64,000 nt of DNA from the human T2T-CHM13v2.0 reference genome, Homo sapiens: NCBI RefSeq assembly GCF_009914755.1, contig NC_060939.1. One strand, given 5' to 3'. Below the pieces are notes generated by a model, which saw only the letters and a list, made by a program, of their open reading frames with translations, had not been told where the DNA came from and made no database searches. Position numbers and translations under genes: made by a program. The stretch's first letter is position 1, and every line of letters starts with the position of its first letter. Of this stretch, positions 44,287 through 59,848 are shown one piece after another.

Positions 44287-45399
44287 CAAAATTGATGTTA
44301 AAGATTCAATACTTAGACATGAATATCTAACGTGAATGGAAAGTTGAAAATTCCAATACAGAATATACATCAATCGGCCATGTTCACTAAAGTAGACATG
44401 AACACTGACTCTATTGTTTGAAGATAGTCTCACTCCTTACAAATAATAAAGGAGAATGCATATATGAGGAAACATTTAGAGAATATATTGAGTGTCCCCC
44501 AGTTTCAGAGTTAATCCATTTAAAAGACACATAATCTGCAAAAGTGCCTTGCTTGAGCAATAAATAAATACTAATTGAATGAGGAGCCTCCTTCAGTTGA
44601 GGGGTATGGTGTGGCTTTAGGCAAAGTCTGGCCACAATATTATGATGAAGCTGTGAAATACATAATTGTATTTGCTCATCAAATGCATATTTAACAAATG
44701 CCCATGATATGCTCAAAACCAGGCTGGGGGAAATTTAAAGGTAAACAAGGCACTGTTTATAACCTAACAAAACATATAACTAAGGGTTAGAAAAGACAAG
44801 TGTAGTACAGTGAGTCAAGTATTATGATGGGTGTTTAGTACAGAATGCTCTGGTAGTACATAAAAGGGGCATCTGATACATTCTTGATTGATCCAAGAAC
44901 ACATGCTGAAAGAAGACACATCTAAGATGAGATGTGAAGGATAAGAAAGTATAATTGGCCAAACAAGAGAGACTGGGGTACTAGGAAGTATTCCAACCAA
45001 AGACAACAAATGGCAGTTGCAGAGATGTAGAGGTCAGAGAATATGGTGCATTTTCTCAGAATGAATCAAAGGCATAAATGTTAAGAGCTAAAATTATAAA
45101 GCTCTTAGAAGAACACATAAGGGTAAATCTTCACAACTTTGATTAGGCGGTAGTTTCTTAAATATGACACCTAAAGCACAAGCAACCAAAGAAAAAAAAA
45201 AGATAATTTGTACTTTAAAGTTAAAAACGTTTGTATTTCAAAGACCACTATCAAAGTGAAAAGACAACCCAGAGAATGGGAGAAAAACATTTGAAAATAG
45301 TATATCTGATAAGTGTCTAGTATCTACAATATAAAAAGAACTCTTGCAATTTTGCAATAACAATACAGTTTTAACCCAATTTTAAAAATGAGCAAAGGA

Positions 45400-45703
<304 letters not shown>

Positions 45704-46344
45704 ACAAAACACAATTTGAAATAGGATTTGAGTAGACAGTTCTCCAAAACAGATAAACAAATGCACAATATGCATAAGAAAAAATGCTTAACATCATTAC
45801 TCATTAGGAAAATATGAACCAAAATCACAATGAGATACCACTTCACATCTACTAGGATGGCTCTAATAAAAAAGATAATACCAAGTGTGCTGAGGATATG
45901 GAGAAATTGGAACCCTAATAGGTTACTGGTATGAATGTAAAATGGTAGAGGTGCTTTGAAAAACAGTTTGATTTTCTCAAAATATTAAACATGGTGGTAC
46001 CAGATGTTCCAGCAGCTCCACTCCTAGGTATATGCCCAAGAGAACTGAAAACATGTCCACACAAAAATTTATACACAAATGTTCATAAGCAGCAGCATTC
46101 ATAATAACCAAAAAGTAGAAACAACCCAAGTCTATCAACTGATATGTGGATCAACAAAATGTGCAATAGCCATCCAGTATAATATTATTCAGCCATAAAG
46201 CAGAATGAAATTCTGATACACGCTACAATGTGAACCTTGAAAACTTTATGCTAAGTGAGAGTAGCCAGACACAAAAGGCCACATATTGTATGATTCTATT
46301 TATATGAAATATCAGAATAGGTACAGTTATAAAGACAGAAAGTA

Positions 46345-46635
46345 GGCAGGCATGATGGCTCACGCCTATTATCCCAACAGTTCGGGAGACTGAGGCAGGA
46401 GGATTGCTTGAGGCTAGGAATTCAAGACAGCCTGGGCAACATAGCGAAACCCTATCTCTACAAAAAAAAAAAAAAATTAAAAATTAGCCAGGCGTGGTCC
46501 TAGCTACTCAGGAGGCTGAGGCAGAGAGATCACTTGAGACAAGCAGTTTGAGGCATCAGTGAGCTATGATTATGCCACTGCACTCCAGCCTGGGTGACGG
46601 AGCAGGACCCTGTCTCTTAAAAAAAAAAAAAAAAA
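46345..46635 (+). mobile_element. AluJ
   Basis: Diverged Alu; TSD aaagta. Confidence 0.9.
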
Positions 46636-48854
46636 CAAAGTAGATTAGTGGTTGCCCAGGCCTAGGAGGACTAGCAGGAAGGGAGAATGGGGATTGTTTG
46701 CTAAAGGATATTGTGTTTCTTTTTGGGGTGATGAAAATGTTCTAAAATTGGTTAGGGTGTTGGTTGCACAACCTTGTAAATATATTAAAAACCACTGAGT
46801 TGTATGTAGTAAAGGGGTGAACTTTATGGTATATCAATTATATCTTCCAAAAAAAGCAATTTAGTATGCTTTTTGTCGTGAGTTGGGGTTGAGGAATGTG
46901 AAAAGATAATGCTGACTGAGTTGGAGGATTTGGGTGAGTTTGGTTGAAAAACTTTGACAGAGATAACATGGCAGTTGGGAAATATCCTAAGAACATACAA
47001 AGTGATTACTAAGAGCATAGAGGGCCCAGTTGTGATTGGATACCATACATTTATAGTAATACTCTTTATTTTGTCATTTTTTTCCTCCACCATCTAAAGC
47101 CAAAACTCAGAGTTGATCTACTTCTAGTGTATAGAAAGATGTAGTGCAAGGGAATTGAGTATTGGCAAAAGAACATTTGCAATGTAGCCATTGAATCTAA
47201 GCTGGACAGAGAAGGGAAAATCAAGGGCCAATGAATAGAGGTTTGTATGGTTCAAGGTGAGTTGTAATAGGAGAATTAAGAGAGCTGAAATGATAGGAGA
47301 TGGTGGTAAGAGATTTTTGGGTATGAGGTTGATATAACCAAGGAACCTGATGTTTTAAAGGAACCAAGGGTTTTGCATAAAGGCTGTAGTATGGAAAATG
47401 AGGTTGAGATGGGCAGAATCCCACCTCTCAATTATGAGGTGTATGGTTGGAGAGGGAGTGGTGCAGAAGGAATATGCTGCATCTCTATGAAAAGACTTAG
47501 GGAAGTGGGGTTAGCATGTGTAAAGTAAGAAAAGGGCACTTGAAAAGAGCCAACCCCAGAAACCAGAAGTACAAATATGCTTCCAGCACTGTCCAACACA
47601 TTTGGAATAACATAGTCACATTGGTGTGATCATCCCTATTATTGGGAAAGATTACTAGAGCAATCTTAGTTGAGGAACATTTCTTAAGTTCCACCTAATT
47701 TCCTTTGTTCTGGCCATATATTGACCATAGCAATGTTCTGATTATGATCTGGCCTACTAGATGACTACAGAGAGAAAATGTGTTCACTAGTCATTAAATA
47801 TCTAGTACGCTTAATATAATTCTCATTACAATCTTTATAATCATCATTAAAATATTTTAAATTGGCACTCTTTTATATGTCAGGTTTTTTTCAGTGAGTG
47901 GTTAGTGTTAGAGGGAATTTTGGGATTTCCAAAGCTCAGGTCCAGACCCTGGTTCAAAGTGTTCTAAGTGGCAAAGTAATACCATTTTTGTGAGGCTTCC
48001 TGGTAGAAGCCTTCACTGGATAAGTCCCCTCTACTAGGTAACATCTGCATGATAGACCTGTTTGTATAAAGTGCAGTGAAGAGCCAAACTTGTATATTGC
48101 TTTGCCTTTGAACAAATTTCTCTTCTTTACTCATTTAGAGCAGCATTCATTACATTTCTTAAGTGCTTTGCATAAAATTTCAAAGTTCAGTGTGACCTCT
48201 GTACTGGGACATCATCAGGCACAGATGCTACATGTGAAGGGCTTTTGGCAATCAGTGGCTTGGTAGCCGTGATTCCTTTTGAATCACTCCCTCATGGACC
48301 ATATGAAATGCATTCTCCCAGGATCCCAGACATATTCTTGGGAATCATTGTATTTTCCGACTTACTGGACTAGTTTAGAGGCCTTTGGGTTTCACTGCAC
48401 TTTTCTTCATTTCCTTCTTTTGTTGATCTTGGCCCCTTAACCTTCCACCCACTTTATTACTCATTTCTTAGGGACCTGACTACTCAGTAACACTGAGAAA
48501 ATATATCTGAAACCATATGGGTTTGAATACAACAAACTTAAGAGAGGGAAAATAAAAAAGGAAAAAATGTGTGTTCTCTGAACTTCCTTTGTTTATATGA
48601 TCTGTTTATATGTTGTTAAGGTTATGTTATCCAGCTGCCTCCCCACGTTTCAGAAATGACTAAAGATATCTGGAAAACACTCTAACAGGGTCATGTTGGC
48701 ATAGTGGATGAAAAGACACTTCATTTGTCCCTCACCAGATAATATATCTTCTTTTGAGGCATGGGAGCAATGCCAGGAGCTTTAAATGCTGAATCTCAAG
48801 GTTCTTGAAAGGCCATTGACTTCTAGGGATACTTTTAGAAAGAAGCCAGTCAAT

Positions 48855-49109
48855 CCCAGGCGTAGTGGCTCACACCTGTAATCCTAACACTTTGGGAGGC
48901 CGAAGTGGGCGGATCACTTGAGGCTAGGAGTTCAAGACCAACCTGGCCAACATGGTGATACCCCGTCTGTACTAAAAATACAAAAATTAGCTGGTGTGGT
49001 GGCACGTACCTGTAATCCCAGCAACTTGGGAGGCTGAAGCACAAGAATCACCTGAACCTGGGAGGCGTGGGCAACAGAGCGAGACTGTCAAAAAAAAAAA
49101 AAAAAAAAA
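48855..49109 (+). mobile_element. AluS with right-arm deletion
   Basis: TSD aagccagtcaa. Confidence 0.92.
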
Positions 49110-50861
49110 GCCAGTCAAGTGAGTTCCCTAAGGTATATACCTGGCCATTTGAATGTTTGCTCACTATGGTTAGTCTGTACGGTATCTAACAGATATTACA
49201 GTTTTCTTTTGGTAAAATGAACATTGACATTGGTGTGAGGTGATGTTAGCAGCCCAGGCTTTAATCTCGCCTTTGTATTGTATAATGTGAATTAAAACTT
49301 AAGTACACTTGAGTCAGGGTTATTCAGTAAAACATGTGGAATGGAATTTTGTGGTATTTATTAGAGCTATTCCACTTGTAAACACCTTATCTTGAAGGAA
49401 CTGAAAAGAGGTTGCAAGCATTCCTGCAGTAGAATAAAGTGCTTATGATGGTTGAGTGAGAAGTTCCTCTCTACCTTCCATGCTCTACCTACTGTAATGG
49501 GTAATATTTGTACAGAGATGTGTTTTTCCCATCAAGCTGTTTATGGAACTTGGCCTGCTAAATAATAAACTTAGAAGTGAGAATAAGTAAGAATAAGGAA
49601 TAAAACATCAGTGTTATCTTTTGGAAATAAATCACTCCATTGAACATGGAGAATGTGGTCCTCGTGTCATCGGCATTTTCTTCATATTTCCACCTCAGTG
49701 GAGTGATCCTGGCTCTGCTTTGCCGCTGTGCTTTCCTTTTAATTGCTGTTTCACCAGGTCTCCTTAGCAGCAGCAGCGCCTGAAATAACTCCTGAGGAAG
49801 CTCCTAAGTGAATTCTCATAATTTGCTTCTCAATTCTCCCAATTGATTGAGGCACTCTTTCTTGAGTGCTTTGCAGTTCTGTGTAAGTGGCTGATGTTTG
49901 GGGTCACTGCTGAATGTTTTGTTTGAATATCCCTTTCATGATGAAGGGAAGACTGCTGCTTTTAACTACATGGGGTGATGCCCTTTGTGGTAAGCCTTGA
50001 AAGGCAAAAATCGTTTTTCATAGTGATATGCCAAATGAAATTATTCTCTTTGTCACTTTGTCCTTTTATCCTTTCAGTCTGATAACCTCAGTTCTTGTGA
50101 TTTGTTTGTTTTCTTCAATTAAGCTTAGTTGTTTCCTGTACCCAGGTGCATGCTATTTCTGCTCTTGGTTATGATGGTGTGTGGAGCATATTTCTGACCT
50201 GGAAGTGTGGTTTCTTTGACTGAGAGCCACATCAGCATGCCTTCCATCCTCTACTTCCTTTGCATTATTTCCTTTTGGAGGGCTCAGTTTGCCATCATTT
50301 AATCTATAGATGATTCATCTGGGACTGAGAACTGGTAATGCTGTAATAACAATATCTTTCTTTATATAATACTCAATGCACTTACTACCTTAGATTTTCT
50401 CTGTTTATGGAGCACTTTCATTTTAATCTCTCACAATAACCCTTTGGGTTAAGTCAGCAATTTTGTCTTAGTCTAAGATGGTGAAATTGTAGCTCAAAGA
50501 GCTTAAATAGCTTGCTCAGAGGGGCAGTGCTTCTGAGTTACCCTGCTTAACAATTTCTACAGGAAATGAATACTTTTGAAGATACTCTGGATAAATAAAA
50601 AGGAATTTTCCAAACCACATCCCATTTGTTAAAACCTAACTTGTTTTCAGTCTGGTCAGTTGATAAGACCAAGGTTAAAAGGCCCATTTACCATACAGTT
50701 TAAATTGATGTGTCCAAGTCAAGAAAATAAATATTTAGGTCAGTTTTTATTCTGTTGCTTATATGATAAAGTTCAAGAAGGCTGGCTCTTAAATTAGTGG
50801 AACTTGAAATGGAAGTAATTAAGCCATTAATTTTTTTTTATTCTCTTTTCCTTTCAGAGAG

Positions 50862-50950
50862 ATGGAAAACTTGATGACTAGCTCCACCCTACCGCCCCTT
50901 TTTGCAGATGAAGACGGTTCCAAGGAGAGTAATGATCTGGCTACCACTGG
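50862..50950 (+). CDS. HMG20A: HMG20A first coding exon (exon starts 50858); aa 1-30 MENLMTSSTLPPLFADEDGSKESNDLATT(G)
   Basis: Polypyrimidine tract + cag acceptor ending 50857; agagATGG Kozak (G at -3 and +4); donor TGG|gtaagc at 50951; 89 nt, phase 2; matches the HMG20A N-terminus as I recall it. Confidence 0.97.
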
Positions 50951-52214
50951 GTAAGCAGCTGCTTTAGGACACTGGACTTCTCCATAGGCCTCAAAACAAA
51001 GCTTCTAGCAAAGTAAGAGGTCCTAAAGAGGCAGTTTTATATCATAAGAATAGACGGTGCACTTGTTTCACTTTGCAAAGAGAGTGACAGCCATCATAAA
51101 CCACTTTGTAATCTGCATTCAATTATCTTTTGCAGTGCTCTGGTTTTTGTGAACTGGTACAACAATATGTGGAATCTAGCAAACACTGGTGACTCCAGTT
51201 AAGAAAATTATATAGTCACCATTAAGGAAATACCTGCCACAGAGCTAGCTCTAAAAAACAAATGCATTTTTTCTGTTCAAATTACCACAGATATTAAAAT
51301 AGTTTTTTCCCAAAGATCAGATTTTTTAATGTGGTTCTTTATTCAAGATGCTTAGTAACTTTAGCTGACTTCTGTTCCTTTCCCCATCCCACCCCCTTCT
51401 CCTTTCTGTGGGATCTTTTGACAAATATTTAAAGAGATATAGAAAAGGGTTAATAACAGTAGTCCACCTCTTCCCTTGAAAATCTCTGTTCCACTTGAAT
51501 TTTTATCTTTTCTAGATGTTTAGAAGTTATTTGGCAAAGAGAAAGTGTGTTCACTAATAGACTGAAGTGCTAGCTAATCCCTAAGATGAATTATTTTAAT
51601 ATTCTTTAGAGCTGTTTAAAAAATAGGCTATACTTTGTAATTCTGTTTCCTTCCCTCACATTTATGTCTCACCTCGTTGATATCCGCCTTTGACCTCACT
51701 ACTCAGATGAAAGTGTTCTCCAAGACTTTTCTAAAGGCTGCTTAGTTACTATATTCATTCAGTAAAAACTTTCTGAGTATCTGCTATGTGTCATTGTTCC
51801 AGGCATTAGATAGAAAGCATTGATCAAAATAGATAAAAATCATAGGCCTTTTAAAGTTCAAATTCTACTTGTTGAGTCAGACAATAAACAGGATAAATAA
51901 GCAAAACATATACTATGTTGATAAGAACTATAGTTTAAAAAAAGAAAAAAGTGGAGAAAAGGGATAGGAAGGGTTTGGGGATGCAGTTTTAGACAGGATG
52001 GGCCAGAAAGTGTTTAATGAGAAAGTGACTTCAATAAAGACCTGAAGGAAATAAGGCAACTGGCATGCAGTTTTCTGGGGAAGATTATCCTAGACAGAGG
52101 GAGCAGTAGGTGCAAAAGCCCTGAGGCAGGAGAGTTTCCATCTTATCGAAATAGCCAGGAGGACAGTGTGACTAGAGCAGCACATAGCAGCAGGAGAGGC
52201 AGTAGAGGACTACA

Positions 52215-52370
52215 TCAGTCCTTCTCAAACATATGAATTGCCAAGAGAGCTGATGAAAATGCAGATTCTGATTTAGAAAATCTTAGGACCAGAGATTCTA
52301 CATTTCTAACAAGCTCCCAGAGAATGCCAGTTCTGCTGGTATGAGGCCCATACTTTGGGTAAGAAGAGAC
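52215..52370. mobile_element. MER5A-like hAT MITE
   Basis: cagtccttctcaaac..aaaatgcagattctg..tttctaacaagctcccag. Confidence 0.75.
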
Positions 52371-53156
52371 TAGATCATAGGGATCAAAATATTTAGAGAT
52401 CAAAATAAACCCTTTAACTTTTACTCTGAAGTGGGATAACATTGGAGGGTTTCACACAGAATTATATGATCTGACTTACGGTTTTATAAGATCCCTCTGA
52501 CTGTTGTATTGAGAATAGAGTGAAGGGAGCAGGGGCTGGAACAAGGAGACCAGTTAGGGAGGCTCTTAAAATAATTCAGGAGACAGATGATAGCCTGAAG
52601 AACCATCATCTGGTGACTTTCACAAGAGTGTTTTTGGTGGAATAGTGGGGGTAAAAACCTCATTGGAGTGTGTTTCAAAGATAATGGGAATGAGGGGTAG
52701 TGAGAAGTATAGAATTCTAGATATATTTGAAGGTATACCAAACAGAATTTGCCTGAAAGAAAGGATGAGCACAATGTAAGAAGGGAGAAAAAAAGCAGTC
52801 AAAGACAACTCAAAAGTTTTGGCCAAAGCAACTGGAGGGATGGAGTTGCCATTAGCTTAGATGGGGAAAACTGAACAAGTGTGGGAGGGAATTGTAGGAG
52901 CTCAGTTTTGGAAATTTTACATTAAAGATGCTTATTAGATATCTAAGTGGAGATGTCAAATAGGCACTTTGATATCAGGTTCTGCTATTAGGGGAAGTTT
53001 AGGCGAGACAGAGAAAGTTGGGACTTATCAGCATATAACATTCAAAGCCGTGAGACTGAATGAGATCACCAAAGAAATGAGCACTCTGTAGATGGAAGAA
53101 AGAAGAGCTCTAAAGCCTGACCTCTGGGATACTCCATCATTTAAAAGTCAGACAGA

Positions 53157-53460
<304 letters not shown>

Positions 53461-54099
53461 GTCAGAAAGAATAGGAAGAATCAACAGAGTCTAAAGTGAG
53501 TTGCTAGAAAGGTCGCAGAAAAGCCAGAAGAGTGAAGGGTCCTAGAACCCAAGTGAAAAAAAAAAAGTATTTCAAGGGAGGGGAAAAGATCAACTGTGTC
53601 AGATGCTTCTGGTACATCAGGTAAGATGGGGGCTGAGAAATGACACTGGATTTAGCATGGGTGTCATTGGTGGCTTTGACAAGAGTTATAAGCACATATC
53701 TCCTTTGAAGTGGACTTAAGGGAGGAGAAGTCAATAAGTATAAACAAGTTATTTCCAGGGGTTGTGCTATAAAGGAAAGGAGAAAAATTGGGACCTTAAC
53801 TGGAAGTGGGATGGAGTTTTTTTCTTTTCATTTTGTTTTGTGTTAAGAGAATTAATATCATACGTATATGCTGATTGGACTGATCCTGTAGAGAGAAAAG
53901 AATTGGTATTGCCAGAAAGGACAGAATTGCTGAAAATCTGCCCCTGAGTAGGCAAGAGGGTGTGAGATCAAGGGTGCAAATAGAAGGGTTGTGGGCTTTA
54001 GCTAGGAACATGGATAATTTATTCATGGTAACAAAAGATCCCCCTTTTTTCCAGTCTTCATCCAACTTGTCATCAAGAAGGCATGTGATGCCTTTGGCC

Positions 54100-54197
54100 A
54101 TTCCTGTCCACTTAAGTCAGGGATTCATGGGATTGTGAATTCCCATGTGAATTCCCAAGTGATTCCTGTCCACTGAAGTCAGGGATTCATAGGATTG
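54100..54197. repeat. 36-bp direct repeat pair around a 26-bp insert
   Basis: attcctgtccact(t/g)aagtcagggattcat(g/a)ggattg at 54100-54135 and 54162-54197. Confidence 0.93.
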
Positions 54198-55053
54198 CTA
54201 CTCTTTCCCAAACCTAGTTCTCATATTTTACCAAAATAAGAATTTACAAGAATTAGTAACTTAAAAATTGATGGCACAGTTGAAATGAAAATGACAGTGA
54301 AAGAACAAGTTGCCTAACACATCTAAAATGATTGAAATATTTGGAAAACAGCACTGCAGAGATCAAACTGGATCTCGATGGTACCTCTTTTCAGAGAAAA
54401 TGATTGGCATTGATTTCATAGCTTCTTTTACTTACTCTTTTTTAAAGGACCTCAAAAATGTAGGAACCTCCTGCTAAAATCATCTATTATGTTTCCTAGA
54501 AAGGGTCAGAAAAGTTTAATTTCTTTCAGTCCCAGGACAGTCTGCTTCCTGTTTTCATCCATTTCTCGGTCCACTGTAATCTGGAATTTATTCTCATAAT
54601 TCCACTAAAACTATACTTAACTAAAATTGCCAGTGACCTTCAGGTCTTCAAATTTAGCAGACACTTTTTGGCCTATCTTATTTAACATCTGCAACTTTTT
54701 ACTTGATTAGCCACTACCCTTCTCAAAAGTCTTCCTGCCTTGGCCTCTGCAATCGTCTTCTCTCCAGTTATCTTAATGCCCTTCTCAGTCTCCTTTCCTA
54801 GTTTTTCTACCTTGCTCATACAATGATATTGCTTCAGCTGAGTTCTATCCTGACTTTTCCTTCTTCTCACTGTCTTTCTGGAGAATATCTAGCACTGCCC
54901 ATTATTTCCATGGGCTAATGCTTCTCGAGTCTATCTTTATGCCCTTTTGTTCCACTTCTGTTCTCCTGGGGCATGTTTCCAGTTGTCTGTGGTACATTTC
55001 TACTTAATTATGCTACAGGTGTTTCAAATTTATCATTTTCTTGTGTGTCTGTC

Positions 55054-55076
55054 CACACACACACACACACACACAC
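55054..55076. repeat. (CA)n microsatellite
   Basis: Directly visible. Confidence 0.95.
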
Positions 55077-55200
55077 CCTGTTTTTACTTTGATTAATATT
55101 AAGTACATAATCATCAATTGGAAACCTCAGAATTATCTTTGACTCTTCCTTTCTTTCACTATTAAAGTCAATCAGTCATTAAGTTCTCTCCATTCTACCT

Positions 55201-55525
<325 letters not shown>

Positions 55526-56693
55526 ATTCTGCCTCTTAAGTATCTCTTAACTGTCCTTCTGCTCAGAATCCTGCCTGCCTTTGTGTCTCACTTAATCTAT
55601 TACAGTAACCTCTTGATAGTCTCCCTTTCTCCTTTTATACCAAGTTCTTTCTATCTGGAATTGTGTTGTTTACCTTGATGAATACGTACTCATCTTTTAG
55701 GACCTCCTCTATAAATTCTTTCTTAACATCCCTCCATACATATAAAATTCATCATACCCTCTACCATACCTCTATGGTACTTTTAACAAGCCATTATTTT
55801 AGTACTTACGTTGCATTGTAATTATTCCCTATAATACTATGGGTTGTGCATTCTTTCAGAATAATGACTGAATATTACTCTATTATCCATCTTTCTACCG
55901 CTCTTGACTTCCCAACTCCTCCCTCGATCAAAAACAAAAACAAAAATACTCACTAGCACATGGTGTTACCTTTCCTTCTATTCCTTCGTCCACATGTAAT
56001 AAGATAAGTCCATCTAAGACCCTACCATTATCTGTACCTTCTTGTGTTCACTCTTCAGAAGGGTGAAATCTGGTTTGCTAACTCATCTGGAATAGTATAG
56101 TGGGAGCAGGAAGTAAGTACATCTGTCTGATTTATTAACATGTATACCTGAACTTACTTAACTTGATAGTATTGTTCTTAGATGATCTGATTGTCACTAA
56201 ACGCTATAATCCAAGAAGAAATAGCCAATGAAATGTACCGTTAAGAGATTTTTCTTACACCCTTTAAGACCTCTTTTGTGATAGTTGGCAAACTGCCTCT
56301 ACAACTCCCATTGCTATTCACTTTTTTCATTAATAGTGTTTTCCCTTTACATTGGAGATACATGAAAGGTAGCATGTAAAAGTCAGATTCTACTGCATAT
56401 TCAGAGCTAAAACATGAAGTCTGTGTTGAGAGGAGATCATCTTTTTGGAAGAAGATTATAGTTGTTTTTGGTAGGAGATGTCTTCATGGAACTGACCTGG
56501 TTTAATCAAGCACTGAAACCAGTTTTTTTGAAACGCCCTGTAACGTCTGTGAATACGTTGTTTACATTTATACAGATTATTGGGGGAATTAATTCAAGGA
56601 CTGGCATGTGCTTTTGCTGGCAGGGAAATTTATCTAGAACCTTAGTAAATAGGTGGAGTTTTTGTGTTGTTGATACTTCTGCCTATTATTCAG

Positions 56694-56841
56694 GTTAAAT
56701 CACCCAGAGGTTCCATACAGTAGTGGCGCCACATCATCCACCAACAATCCAGAATTTGTGGAGGATCTCTCTCAAGGTCAGTTGCTTCAGAGTGAGTCTT
56801 CAAATGCAGCAGAAGGCAATGAACAGAGGCATGAAGATGAG
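56694..56841 (+). CDS. HMG20A: HMG20A coding exon, aa 30-79 (G)LNHPEVPYSS...NEQRHEDE
   Basis: ttcag| acceptor, GAG|gtaagc donor; 148 nt = 1+49 codons, completes the phase-2 Gly codon, no stops. Confidence 0.97.
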
Positions 56842-57418
56842 GTAAGCTGAAGTATCTCCTTCTGTTCCTATCCTCTGAAACTTCTGAAGAAGCAGTCACA
56901 AGGAAGGTGTGTTGATCAAGGTGTTCATATGACCTTCTTATATTCTTAGGCTGATACCTGCAAAATTTTGTTTTCTATTTCTTGTTTTATACGGAACCAT
57001 ATTAATAATTTTAATGACATAGACAGGTAGACTCTTTTTTCCCTGTTCCCTAAGAAATGTATACTTACCTCATATTAGATGTTGAACAAATACTTGTTGA
57101 ATGAGTGAATGATTTAATCATTAATAAGTAACTAATGAGAAGTGTACATGCCCTTGCTCAAGGCTCTGCTCAGCAAGCCCTGCTGCATGGAGCCCTATGT
57201 GCCCAAAGGATTCATACTACTTACCAAATCTTTCACCCTCCCATAGGGGGTAACTTTCCTTAACTCACACAAAGGCGTATGAGCCTGGGCAGTCATGCCC
57301 TTGTTGGACTTTCAGTGTTTCTTACAAATAACTGATTACATTGTCAGTGTTTTAAGGCACTCTTTTTTTTTTTTAAGCCAATAAAGAGTGCCACCATTGA
57401 TTTTTGTCTTTTTTCTTA

Positions 57419-57750
<332 letters not shown>

Positions 57751-57835
57751 ACAACTAATTTTTTTTTATCTATCCTATTGGCATTTTTAAAGATTATAAT
57801 GAATGCTTAAAGTTTCTTAAATACCTTGAAATTAA

Positions 57836-58148
<313 letters not shown>

Positions 58149-58552
58149 ACAGTAGCTTTAATGTAACTAGGTTTAAAAAAAGAAAAACCTAATACCAAAT
58201 ACATAATTTGCCCAGTGGTGAATTATACCATTTTATATATATTTGGAGGAGTAGAGTACTACAATTAGTATTTAGATATTTTTGTCCTTGTTTATTTATA
58301 TTTCTCTTGTCTGAAATAAGAATTCTTGTATCCATGAAATATTAACTGATACGGCTGTATTTGTAAAATTATGAAGTAAAAATATTATGTACCTTACATC
58401 TTATTTAAAGGGCCAAGAAGAAAGGCTGTGGTGAAACATCAGTGGTACCTCAGTCCTTTTCATTTCTTTAGTTTTTTTCAGAGGTGATTCAATCTTTTGA
58501 TTTACCTGGTAACTCAACATATAAAGACCTCTGACTATAAAATGTACATCTA

Positions 58553-58850
58553 GGCCGGGTGCAGTGGATCACGCCTATAATCCCAGCACTTTGGGAGGCT
58601 GAGGCTGGTGGATCACCTGAGGTCAGGAGTTCGAGACCAGCCTGATCAACATGGCAAAACCCCATCTCTACTGAAAATACAAAAATTAGCTGGGTGTGGT
58701 GGCACATGCCTGTAATCCCAGCTACTTGGAAGACTAAGGCAGGAGAATCACTTGAACCTGGGAGGCGGAGGTTGCGGTGAGCCGAGATAGCGCCATTGCA
58801 CTACAGCCTGGGCAAGAAGAGCAAAACTCTACCTCAAAAAAAAAATTAAA
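58553..58850 (+). mobile_element. AluS
   Basis: Full Alu; TSD ataaaatgtacatcta. Confidence 0.94.
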
Positions 58851-59548
58851 ATAAAATGTACATCTAAAGGAACAAATTGTCAAGCCAAAGAGCTCGTCTT
58901 CATTTCAGATATATTATACTTACTAAAATTTTTCTGAGACTTAGATATTAATTTAGTATCTATCTGCTATGCTATGCTATCTGCTATCTGCTATGGGAAA
59001 TAAGCTAGTCTTTGAAAGTTATCAATGAGCAACTCCCATTGTGAGTTATTTTTAATTTCTGCTACAACTTGTTTCTTCTTTTGCCTGGTGCACGTGACAC
59101 CATCTTACTCTAATCTGACAATGTCTGCCTCCCTGCCACAATGCTGCATGTGCTGCTGTATTTCCCATTTGGATACTCTCCTGTCAGGAATCAGGACCTG
59201 ACAGTTGTCTGTGGGACAGTCATATGCATATGAAGGTCAAAGCTGAGTGATCATGGCACCTCTTATTCTCATACATTGAGATTAGCACAAAAATAGCCCT
59301 TTAGTGTAACATTTTGTAGTGTGATACATAAAAGAGGTTGCAAGTGAAGCATCTGGAGTTCCTCAAAAATTGCATTGCTGTCATTTGTATATTACCTACA
59401 ACAGATATGGAGAGCTTTGAATATCCAGGGCCAAATTGCAACTCTTAATCCTGTTTTGTTTGTTGTTGTTTGTTTTTGTTGTTGTTGGGTTATTTTGGGA
59501 GATGGTTGTTGTTTGGTTTTTGGTTTTTTATTTTGTTTTGTTTTGTAG

Positions 59549-59848
<300 letters not shown>

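Noticed and set aside
54100-54197. 36-bp repeat / 26-bp spacer / 36-bp repeat, CRISPR-like geometry
   Set aside because: Only two copies and the spacer derives from the repeat itself; better explained as a repair scar.
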